DNA of 64,000 bases from positions 15,955 through 79,954 of IMG/VR virus record IMGVR_UViG_3300034418_012737; one strand, 5' to 3'. Within the stretch, counting starts at the first letter, position 1; the number at the start of each line of letters is the position of its first letter. This stretch comes from a virus. Both the position numbers and the translations under genes were made by a program. Under the pieces are notes generated by a model that ran no database searches, was not told the DNA's origin, and saw nothing but the letters and a program-made list of their open reading frames with translations. This document shows positions 9,410 through 18,245 of this stretch, in pieces.

Positions 9410-10225
9410 TTAGATATATTTAAAATAATCATAATACCATTTATAATTATTTTTTATCCAATCACACGCACCTTTCCCCAGTATTTGTTTAGCATCACTT
9501 ACTATAGGTTCTAATTTAGGTCTTATATTATGGTCTCCATAAATACCATAAATTTTATCGTCTTCTTCTGTAAGTTGTTCTATGTTATTAAAATCATGCT
9601 CAAAATAAGGAAGTTCTAAATAGTTATATATTTTTTCCATTTCTTTTTGAGGGCTTTTACTAAAAGTCTCAAATTTAACAAAATGGATATGTTTATCATT
9701 ACCTTCTTTTATTATTTGATATAAACGTTCTATAGCCATTCCTACTGGGGGGTTAGCAGCCCATATGTCTATTCTTTTTTCTGTGGTAGTCCCTTGCATT
9801 TGAGCATGATTTATTATCTCAGGATGCTTTTCTGGGTGTTTCCTAAAGTTTTTTTCCATAGAAGAATATATATCTCTTAGGTCCCTAACCATACAAATAA
9901 TTTTAGGATTTGGGTAAAAAGTATTTAAAAGACCATAATGATACCCCCATCCTCTACTTTTATCTAGAACATAAGGTTTATCAGTAACAGCATCAAAAAA
10001 ACCTAACATTCCTTGTCTACAAAAATTTAAAAACCCTTCTCTCATTAATTGGGGGTCTTGAGCTGTAAATTCGGGGGAATTAGTATAATTTAATCTAGCT
10101 CCAAATACTAATTCTAATACACCTGAAGTAGGGGTTACGTAAAAGTTTGGGTTTTGACCCATTATATTTTGGAATAAAGTTGAACCCGCTCTGGGAAGAG
10201 AGGCTTGGAAAAATAATTGTTTCAT
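9410..10225 (-). CDS. Sulfotransferase (PAPS-dependent)
   Basis: 5'-PSB loop SLPRAGSTL, DKSRGW and 3'-PB motif MVRDLRDIYSS. Confidence 0.85.
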   Translation of the reverse strand: MKQLFFQASLPRAGSTLFQNIMGQNPNFYVTPTSGVLELVFGARLNYTNSPEFTAQDPQLMREGFLNFCRQGMLGFFDAVTDKPYVLDKSRGWGYHYGLLNTFYPNPKIICMVRDLRDIYSSMEKNFRKHPEKHPEIINHAQMQGTTTEKRIDIWAANPPVGMAIERLYQIIKEGNDKHIHFVKFETFSKSPQKEMEKIYNYLELPYFEHDFNNIEQLTEEDDKIYGIYGDHNIRPKLEPIVSDAKQILGKGACDWIKNNYKWYYDYFKYI

Positions 10226-10228
10226 TTT

Positions 10229-11128
10229 TTAGTTATTAAAAGTATCTCCTTCTATAGAAGAAAAAATTTCGTTTATATCTATAACGCTAGTATCTATAAT
10301 AGGACATTCATGGGGGGTACCTGTAAAATTATAATCAAACAAATAACTATCAGGGAGATTAAAATCTTCAGGAAGGGAAGCTACTATATTATCATGCATA
10401 GTATAACCAAATATTTTAGGAGAAGTACCAAACCAAATTACTGTTGATTTCTTTTCTAAAGCAGCCGCGGCATGTTGTAAACAAGAATCTATTAGTACTT
10501 GTTTAGTAGAAAATAATAATAAAGAAAATAACTCCATATTACTCATGTTATTTGAAATAACTTCTACTCCTGGAAGGGCTTGTTCTGGTTTTCTACATAT
10601 TTGAATAATATGGTATTGTTCTTTATATCTTTCAACTAAAGCTAATCCCAACTCATAAGGCATATCTCTAGTCCATGAATAATTATAAGGTTGTTCTTGG
10701 AAAGGACCTCCATTAGTTTGGATTACCATTATAGGTTTGTTTCTAACCCACATTCTGTGTCCTTGTCCTGTTTGGACTGTATTAAAGACTATTTCAGGGG
10801 TCTCTCCTGTATAGTTTAAGTTGTATAATTTACACCAGTTTTCAATTAATTTTAACTTTTTATGGACATGATCCGTGGTAAAATAAGGTTCATGTTTAAA
10901 AATTAAACTATCTTGGTTTTTTATGTAATCTTGATAAAAATAGGGTGTATTGCCTACGCGATACACCCTATCTACATATTTTAAATTTATAAACACTTCA
11001 GGCCAAGCACATACAACTATTAATTCTCTCTCAGGATGATTTTTTTTAATACATTTAGCAACGGCTGTAGCTGCTACATGTTTCCCAAGTCCACCTTCAA
11101 TGTGAAATACTGAATAACTTTTTTCCAT
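10229..11128 (-). CDS. Glycosyltransferase family 9-like
   Basis: GGLGK..AAT N-terminal motif and IDSCLQHAAAAL...W C-terminal motif. Confidence 0.75.
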   Translation of the reverse strand: MEKSYSVFHIEGGLGKHVAATAVAKCIKKNHPERELIVVCAWPEVFINLKYVDRVYRVGNTPYFYQDYIKNQDSLIFKHEPYFTTDHVHKKLKLIENWCKLYNLNYTGETPEIVFNTVQTGQGHRMWVRNKPIMVIQTNGGPFQEQPYNYSWTRDMPYELGLALVERYKEQYHIIQICRKPEQALPGVEVISNNMSNMELFSLLLFSTKQVLIDSCLQHAAAALEKKSTVIWFGTSPKIFGYTMHDNIVASLPEDFNLPDSYLFDYNFTGTPHECPIIDTSVIDINEIFSSIEGDTFNN

Positions 11129-11170
11129 AAGACTAATTATAATAACAATTTAACTATAAGCCAAATTAGC

Positions 11171-11437
11171 TTATAGTCCCAACTCAGCTTTTAAAGCATT
11201 CCAAGTAGTTAAGTCGGTTAAATCTTCCCAATCTAATACTTCTTTTCCATCTGTTCCTATATATACTACTTTACCTTCATCTACTACTCTACATTTCTTA
11301 CATTGTGTAGTATCTCCATTTACTAAAGTTTCAACATAAGTTTTAAACGCTTCAAAGGTAGTTAATCCACTTAAAGGACTGTTAGTTACTTGAGGACCTC
11401 TAACTTCATTGTTTTGAACATCAAAATTTACTATCAT
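11171..11437 (-). CDS. Hypothetical protein, possible fibre chaperone
   Basis: Lies directly downstream of a fibre gene. Confidence 0.5.
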   Translation of the reverse strand: MIVNFDVQNNEVRGPQVTNSPLSGLTTFEAFKTYVETLVNGDTTQCKKCRVVDEGKVVYIGTDGKEVLDWEDLTDLTTWNALKAELGL

Positions 11438-11473
11438 GTTATTTGTTTTTAATATTGTTTATTTATTTTTTAA

Positions 11474-14281
11474 TTATCCTAAAGAAATTTTTATATCTGT
11501 TCCACTTCTATATAACATGCCTACTATACCAGGATCAGCAGTTGGAAGAGAGCCTGTCTCTAATAATATATTAGGCATATGGACTGAAGATGTTGCTCTA
11601 GTGCATATGTTAAATCCTCCAAGAATAATAGCTCGTTCGTGATTTACACAAGCTAATTGAGAAGCTATAACTGATCCAAAACAAACTCCACAAATATATC
11701 CTCCTGCAGAAGCAATAACTGAACTTTGGGTAGCTCCTGATCCTGTTATACATGACGCACTACCTCCAATGACAGTATTAGTATTTCCTTGGCAACACAT
11801 ATTATGGCTATTTCCACCTATAATTGTATTAAAATTTGATGCAGCGCCTGTTGTTGCAGATTGTATTGTACTACTGTAAGAGGCAATAATGTTTCCACTT
11901 CCTCCTACCTGCATTCCGTAAATCCTATTTTGATATCCTATCACTGTACTACATTGTACATCCTGAATAGTATTATTTCTTATTCCTAAGATAGCATTAG
12001 AAGAAACGTTATCGTTATAGTGAGATAAAATTTTATTATTATATCCCCCAGCAATAAAATTCATCCCAACACTACCACCAATAGTAGAATTACTTGCATT
12101 ACCAATAGTATTACACAAACCACCTACTATATTATTAAGATAGTTATAAGAACCTGAATTAGTACCTGCTATTTGGCATATTGTGTTTATACTTCCTCCC
12201 CCTATAAAATTACTTCCTAATGGGTAATTTCCTGAGCAGCTACTTCCTGTTATTTTATTATTTGTTCCTCCTACAATGACATTACCTCCTGTATAGGTCC
12301 AATAAGCACTACATGTGTTTGTAGCTTCACTTCTTATTTCATTATCTATACCACCTCCAATAAAGTTAGGAGCTAAACTATAATCATTATTGTAAACACT
12401 AGCGGAGTTCATGAAAATAGTATTTCGAGCACCCCCCATTATAGCACTAAATGAACCACTAGCACCTGTAAGGGCAGGAACACTATAATTATTTACCCCT
12501 AATGATAAAGCTATATTACAATCTGCTGCAGTATTACACATACCAGAGAAAATACCTATACCCGAATAATTTGAACCATGTGCACAGTTTCGATATCCTC
12601 CCCCTATTATAGAGCAATTAGTGTATGCTATACAATTATCACATCCACCTCCTATAAATCCAAATGCACTATAAGTGGAACTGTTAGAACATCCTCCCAC
12701 TACAACAGCATGCGTTCTTCCCCCAACTGAATTCACACTTCCACCCCCAATAAAACCACAACTTGCACCTATTGAGATGACATTAAGAGTACCACCACTA
12801 ATAGTAGCTTTATTGACACTAGATCCGTCTACACGATTGGCGCATCCACCCCCAATAGTGTTCATTCCTAGACCTGGAGCATTACATATTTTATTTGTGA
12901 GACCTCCTGCAATTGTATTATTTCTACCTGCATTGCAAATGCAATGAGCACTACCTCCTCCAATAGCATTCCATCCATCCTGACCACCAATGGATGCCGA
13001 AATAATGTTATTTGCTCCACCATTAATTGAAGCTCCTGGGCTTCTAAATATTCTATTGCAACAACCCCCCGCTATGACACTTGTATATGAGTCCGTAGTA
13101 TTACTACATCCACCTACAATTGTAGTAAAAATATTAGGTTGAATTCCACTACCTTTTCCATCATTATAGTTAAATCCAAATGATATAGTGTTGTTACTAC
13201 CATTTAATATGGCAGTATCACTACCACTAATATAATTTCCACTTCCAGATACAGGAACTATACCACGCACAACACTACCAGAGTATATTAAAGCAGTATC
13301 TACACTACTTCCACCACCACCGGTTGCTGTTATAGTAACATTACCTGTACCTTGATCAATTGATATTCCACTACCCGCTATAATAGATGTAACACCTCCA
13401 CCACTACCAGTACTAGCTTCTAGTAAACCGTTGGTTCCTACGGTAACAGTACATCCATTACATGCACTAAAAGTACTTATAATTAAATCATTAACATGTG
13501 TTGTACAATCTCTACTAGAAGTTAAATCGCTACCTACTATAAATGATTTTGGATGGGTTACAGAATTCCTAGTACCTCCTAAAATACCACTAAAACTACT
13601 AGAAACATTATTATTATCTCCACCCCCAATAAATGTATAGCTGGATGCAGATATTATACAGTTATTACTTCCACCTCCAATAGCACTATAATATCCACTA
13701 TCGCTTAAAGTAGAGTTTTTGGATACACAATTTCGAAATCCACCTCCAATAAAACTTCCACCTCCACATGCTACGTTATCTGAACCTCCTGCAATAGTGC
13801 TATAAAATTGACATATTCTATTTTGATATCCACCTCCAATAGTAGCATCATAAGCACATTCTCCTATTGAATTATAACATCCTGATATAGTAGTACCTCC
13901 ATCTACTGCAGAGGAAGTGTTACTTACACCAAAAACAGTTACACCAGAAGTAGATGTACTGTTGTTCATTGTTGCGCAGTTATTTCTACCACCAACAATT
14001 GTACCGGTTCCTCCTACAACAGTATTATTACATCCTCCTACTATAGCACTAAAAGAGCCGGTTGAAAGAGAGTTACTACCAGATTGAGGGACAATACCAT
14101 TGGTACTGCCTGAATATATTAGAGCAGTGTCTACACTACTTCCTCCACCCCCTACTACTGTGGTTAAATCAGTTATTGAAAGTTGTTTAGTATCACCACC
14201 AGCTACTACAGCTACTACACTGTTTCCAGTTGTTTCTGCAGCACTTCCTGTTGATAATCCTGATATTTTTACGTTTGCCAT
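11474..14281 (-). CDS. Gly/Cys/Asn-rich repeat fibre protein (beta-roll-like)
   Basis: MANVKISGL N-terminus, many IGGGxxN repeats, C-terminal LPTADPGIVGMLYRSGTDIKISLG. Confidence 0.75.
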   Translation of the reverse strand: MANVKISGLSTGSAAETTGNSVVAVVAGGDTKQLSITDLTTVVGGGGSSVDTALIYSGSTNGIVPQSGSNSLSTGSFSAIVGGCNNTVVGGTGTIVGGRNNCATMNNSTSTSGVTVFGVSNTSSAVDGGTTISGCYNSIGECAYDATIGGGYQNRICQFYSTIAGGSDNVACGGGSFIGGGFRNCVSKNSTLSDSGYYSAIGGGSNNCIISASSYTFIGGGDNNNVSSSFSGILGGTRNSVTHPKSFIVGSDLTSSRDCTTHVNDLIISTFSACNGCTVTVGTNGLLEASTGSGGGVTSIIAGSGISIDQGTGNVTITATGGGGSSVDTALIYSGSVVRGIVPVSGSGNYISGSDTAILNGSNNTISFGFNYNDGKGSGIQPNIFTTIVGGCSNTTDSYTSVIAGGCCNRIFRSPGASINGGANNIISASIGGQDGWNAIGGGSAHCICNAGRNNTIAGGLTNKICNAPGLGMNTIGGGCANRVDGSSVNKATISGGTLNVISIGASCGFIGGGSVNSVGGRTHAVVVGGCSNSSTYSAFGFIGGGCDNCIAYTNCSIIGGGYRNCAHGSNYSGIGIFSGMCNTAADCNIALSLGVNNYSVPALTGASGSFSAIMGGARNTIFMNSASVYNNDYSLAPNFIGGGIDNEIRSEATNTCSAYWTYTGGNVIVGGTNNKITGSSCSGNYPLGSNFIGGGSINTICQIAGTNSGSYNYLNNIVGGLCNTIGNASNSTIGGSVGMNFIAGGYNNKILSHYNDNVSSNAILGIRNNTIQDVQCSTVIGYQNRIYGMQVGGSGNIIASYSSTIQSATTGAASNFNTIIGGNSHNMCCQGNTNTVIGGSASCITGSGATQSSVIASAGGYICGVCFGSVIASQLACVNHERAIILGGFNICTRATSSVHMPNILLETGSLPTADPGIVGMLYRSGTDIKISLG

Positions 14282-14297
14282 GTTTTAGTGTTGTTTT

Positions 14298-14615
14298 TTA
14301 TGCTATTATAAAGTATTCTTCTGTTGGTGAAAAACCTCTTTCTGCTATTATATTATCGCCTCCTTCTGTAGTTAAAAGTCTTGTTTCTCTTCCGGGATCA
14401 TCCCCACCACCACTTCCCGATGGAAGAGGCCCTCCAGCACCGGCTGCTGCTGATAAAACGTTTAAAGCACTTATGGTATTTAAAGCACTTATATAATTTT
14501 CAAATAAAAGTTGTTCTTGTAAATATCTATTTCTTGCTTCCATTATAGGAAGATTTTTTATATCTTCTCTAAGAAGAAATATATTCCAAGGCCCGGGTCC
14601 CATTATATTGTTCAT
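14298..14615 (-). CDS. Putative virion adaptor/decoration protein
   Basis: Paralog of 31238..31549; C-terminal LLTTEGGDNIIAE; lies between the two fibre genes. Confidence 0.55.
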   Translation of the reverse strand: MNNIMGPGPWNIFLLREDIKNLPIMEARNRYLQEQLLFENYISALNTISALNVLSAAAGAGGPLPSGSGGGDDPGRETRLLTTEGGDNIIAERGFSPTEEYFIIA

Positions 14616-14652
14616 TGTGGATAAATATTATAATAAATTAAAAAACATTAAT

Positions 14653-16680
14653 TTAACCTAAAGAAATTTTTATATCTGTCCCACTTCTATACAACATACC
14701 TACTATGCCAGGATCCGATGTAGGGAGTGAACCCGTTTCTAGAAGGAGATTATTTACGTGTAATGATGAAGTAGTTCTAGCTATAATGTTATGTCCTGCT
14801 ATAAATGAGCAATCACATTCTCCACAGTTTCCTTCACCTCCTATTACTACGGATCCAACACCTGTAGCAGTGTTATTCCTACCTCCACCTACTATAGCAT
14901 GGTTTCCTGAGGCAACGTTGTTACAACCCCCCCCTACTATAGCACAACAACCTGAAACCGTATTGTCCCTTCCCCCACCTATTGTGGAATAAAAACCTGA
15001 AACAGTATTACATTTTCCTCCACTTATTGTAGATGAGTTACAGAAAGTAGCATTACAAGAACCCCCACTTATTACGCTGCAGTTACCTGATCCAGTGTTA
15101 TAACGACCCCCACCTATTACAGAGCTAACTCCTCCAGCAGTGTTTATAGTTCCCCCACCTATTGTAGATTGAGCAGCTAAAGCATTGTTTTGATATCCCC
15201 CACCTATTGTAGCCCAAATACTTGAACCAGAGTTAAGACTTCCCCCACTTATTGTAGCACAATTACCTGAAGCATCATTTCTATATCCCCCACTTATTGT
15301 GGCAAATCTACCTGAAATATTATTTTCTTGACCCCCACCTATTGTAGCCATACAATTTGAAATTATGTTAGAAATGCCTCCAACTATTATGGAATAATTA
15401 CCTGGGGAGCAGACAATGTTGTCACAACCCCCAACTACTATAGATAAAGAAGTGCTGGTAGTGTTATTTCTACCCCCACCTATTATGGAACAAGCACCTG
15501 AGGCAACGTTGTTACAACCCCCAACTACTATAGATCTTGTACCTGAGGCGGTGTTACAATTTCCTCCACCTACTAAAGAATAAGGACCTGAGGCAGTATT
15601 ATTATATCCCCCACTTACTGTAGATGCATTACCTGAAGCTGTGTTTTGCTTTCCTCCAGCTACTGTAGTGCAAGAAAGCGATGCAGTATTACTTAAACCT
15701 CCACCTATTGTAGAAAATGGGCATGAGGCGGTGTTACAAAAACCCCCACCTATTGTAGCTCCTGAATTTGAGGCAGTGTTATCACTACCCCCACCTATTG
15801 TAGCCTTACAACCTGAAGCTATATTGGAACAGCCCCCACCTATTGTGGAAAAAATACCTGAGGAAGTATTGCTTTCACCCCCACCTATTGTGGATAAAGT
15901 ACCTGAGGAAGTATTGCTTTTACCCCCACCTATTGTAGTGCAAGCGCCTGAAGCAACATTACATACACCTCCATCTACTACAGAGGAATTTGCTGAAACA
16001 ACATTACATAAACCTCCACCTACTACAGAGGAATAACTTGAGACCGTATTATTACTTCCCCCACCTATTACAGAACAATTGCTCAATCCTACCGCACTAT
16101 TTTTATATCCCCCACTTATTGTGGATACCCTGGCTGAAGAAGTGTTACACGCTCCCCCACCTATTGTAGAGCAATGACAAGATGCAGTATTAAGAATGCC
16201 CCCACCTATTATGGATGAATTGCCTGAAGCATTGTTACTAATACCCCCACCTACTGTAGCCCCAGTATTTGAGGCAGTGTTATTACGACCCCCACCTACT
16301 GTAGATACAACACCTGAGGCAGTGCTGTCACAACCTCCACTTACTACAGCTCCAGTCTGTGAAGTGGTATTACAAATACCCCCTGCTATGGTTGAAAATA
16401 TACTACTAACAGTATTTTCACATCCTCCTCCTATTGTAGAAAAACTATCTGCTTCTACCCACATCCTATTACTTCCTGATTGGGGGGTTATATTACCACT
16501 TGAGCCTGTGTATACTAAAGCAATACTTCCTGTTTCTCCTACTATAGAAGTAGTACTTAATAAGTCTGCTACTGTTATTTTCTTGTTACCCCCATCATTT
16601 ATTATAGGTAAGACATCTGTAGAGGCAGATATTTCTGATGCTCCTATTTGTGTAAATTGTGTTATTTTTTTATCAGCCAT
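14653..16680 (-). CDS. Gly/Cys/Asn-rich repeat fibre protein
   Basis: MADKKITQF N-terminus; regular 14-aa (42-nt) xSTIGGGxxNTASG repeats; same C-terminus as 11474..14281. Confidence 0.8.
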   Translation of the reverse strand: MADKKITQFTQIGASEISASTDVLPIINDGGNKKITVADLLSTTSIVGETGSIALVYTGSSGNITPQSGSNRMWVEADSFSTIGGGCENTVSSIFSTIAGGICNTTSQTGAVVSGGCDSTASGVVSTVGGGRNNTASNTGATVGGGISNNASGNSSIIGGGILNTASCHCSTIGGGACNTSSARVSTISGGYKNSAVGLSNCSVIGGGSNNTVSSYSSVVGGGLCNVVSANSSVVDGGVCNVASGACTTIGGGKSNTSSGTLSTIGGGESNTSSGIFSTIGGGCSNIASGCKATIGGGSDNTASNSGATIGGGFCNTASCPFSTIGGGLSNTASLSCTTVAGGKQNTASGNASTVSGGYNNTASGPYSLVGGGNCNTASGTRSIVVGGCNNVASGACSIIGGGRNNTTSTSLSIVVGGCDNIVCSPGNYSIIVGGISNIISNCMATIGGGQENNISGRFATISGGYRNDASGNCATISGGSLNSGSSIWATIGGGYQNNALAAQSTIGGGTINTAGGVSSVIGGGRYNTGSGNCSVISGGSCNATFCNSSTISGGKCNTVSGFYSTIGGGRDNTVSGCCAIVGGGCNNVASGNHAIVGGGRNNTATGVGSVVIGGEGNCGECDCSFIAGHNIIARTTSSLHVNNLLLETGSLPTSDPGIVGMLYRSGTDIKISLG

Positions 16681-16692
16681 GTTGTCAAGTTA

Positions 16693-17100
16693 TTAATAAT
16701 CTAATTGTACCCCATATAATAAATCCACAGAACCACTTGGGGTAGAACCACTTCTTACTAAACCGTTAGAAGCCATAAAAGTAACATTTTCTTGAGGAAC
16801 AGTAGTTGTAGTAGCCCAATTAAATGTAGCAACAGCCCCAGGATCTACTACAAATCCTGCTTGAAGTGATCCTGTTATTACTGAGCAATTTACTAATGTA
16901 TCTAGAGAAGCGGTGTTAAAAATATCATAATGTTTATACCCATCAAATACTCCTGATTCGCTTATGTAATAACGTGAACCTTCTATGTTAAAATAAACAG
17001 ATTTGCTTACATTATTTGTTAAAGTAAACGTAGTACCATTAGTAAGATCGGTAGAAGCAGTGTGGCGAGTTCTTAGCTGTTTTCTAGTTAATGTAGGCAT
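16693..17100 (-). CDS. Hypothetical structural protein
   Basis: Thr/Ser-rich, beta-type composition; first gene of the fibre unit; ATATTTAT motif upstream. Confidence 0.55.
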   Translation of the reverse strand: MPTLTRKQLRTRHTASTDLTNGTTFTLTNNVSKSVYFNIEGSRYYISESGVFDGYKHYDIFNTASLDTLVNCSVITGSLQAGFVVDPGAVATFNWATTTTVPQENVTFMASNGLVRSGSTPSGSVDLLYGVQLDY

Positions 17101-17111
17101 GCTAATAAATA

Positions 17112-17780
17112 TTAATTATCTACATCTATTACTCCCCCTCCTCTCCATTTCCCTCGTTTAATAGATACACCCCCATCTCCATACATTTTCATTACAGACC
17201 AATCACCAGGTAAAGTTTTTACTTGTTTTTGTATGTAAGCTAAGTAAAATCTACCACGTCGGTTATCCATTCCCTTTTCTTCACCTTCACCAGCTTTTGG
17301 TACTATATCAAGTTGCTTAACAGGGATAGGGGTTTTATCTGCTTGTTCAATAAAATCACGAACACATTGTACTACGGTAGCTAATACTCTATATTGTTCT
17401 TGAAAATTAGTTTCTTCTTCTTGTCCAAACTCTACATCAAATGATACATTATAAGAACTATCAAATGTTACTTCTTTTGGACCAGCATTTTTTTCTCCTC
17501 CAAGTGCCCTTCTTAGACCTCGACTGTAGTACTCATCACTAACTTTAACCCACCCCATAAAGTTTACTTTATATTTATAGCCCTTATCATTTTCAAAATT
17601 ATAAAAAAACGATAAATCGGCTATCCACGGTTTATTATCATCACCAGGGTGTTTTTTACCAATGTTAGCTAAACGGCTAAGCTCGATAGTAACGGTAGGT
17701 TTTGAACTTATGGGGAATGGTTTGGCAGTCCCCTCACCAACCTCACTTAGTATCTCCGTATATACCTCGTATAGCTTCAA
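17112..17780 (-). CDS. Hypothetical protein with possible capsid-targeting N-terminus
   Basis: MKLYEVYTEILSE. Confidence 0.55.
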   Translation of the reverse strand: MKLYEVYTEILSEVGEGTAKPFPISSKPTVTIELSRLANIGKKHPGDDNKPWIADLSFFYNFENDKGYKYKVNFMGWVKVSDEYYSRGLRRALGGEKNAGPKEVTFDSSYNVSFDVEFGQEEETNFQEQYRVLATVVQCVRDFIEQADKTPIPVKQLDIVPKAGEGEEKGMDNRRGRFYLAYIQKQVKTLPGDWSVMKMYGDGGVSIKRGKWRGGGVIDVDN

Positions 17781-18160
17781 TCTTTAGTACTTCTAGTATT
17801 GTTATTTTGCGGCTTTGGAGATCTTTCGCGGTATTGGCCTAACTGCTCGGGGCGTGGTGTATTAGACAATGTAGGACCGTTATTTACGGGAGGAGCCGTC
17901 CAATTTTCAACAGGAACATAATAAACTGTTTGTGTATTTGGGTAATATGGATGAACATTTAAAGGTGGAGTCCAAGTACGGTAAACCCATTTTTTATATT
18001 CCCTAGAATAATAACCATACCTGGGCCCAGTAGGACAATTTTCAAATGGGTAAAACTCGTCACACTGACGGTTTTCTTCCCCTTCACAACATTCAATTTC
18101 CTTTTGGACAGAACACCCCATGAGGAGGAGGGCTGGGATTATTAGGGTGAGTTTTTTCAT
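17777..18160 (-). CDS. Putative lipoprotein
   Basis: MKKLTLIIPALLLMG-C lipobox. Confidence 0.65.
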   Translation of the reverse strand: MKKLTLIIPALLLMGCSVQKEIECCEGEENRQCDEFYPFENCPTGPRYGYYSREYKKWVYRTWTPPLNVHPYYPNTQTVYYVPVENWTAPPVNNGPTLSNTPRPEQLGQYRERSPKPQNNNTRSTKD

Positions 18161-18245
18161 TTTTAAAATCCGGTTTGGCCTCCACTATGAACCAATGCTT
18201 CCATCATATGGTCTCCTAGTGTTTTTAGGTAGTTATAAATTTGTT

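Noticed and set aside
10208-10225. Sulfotransferase starts MKQLFF like two lipoproteins
   Set aside because: No hydrophobic stretch or lipobox follows; it is the first beta-strand of the enzyme and likely coincidence
11474-14750. Duplicated fibre C-termini as a DGR template/variable repeat pair
   Set aside because: The differences are mostly synonymous rather than adenine-specific, and no reverse transcriptase is in the window
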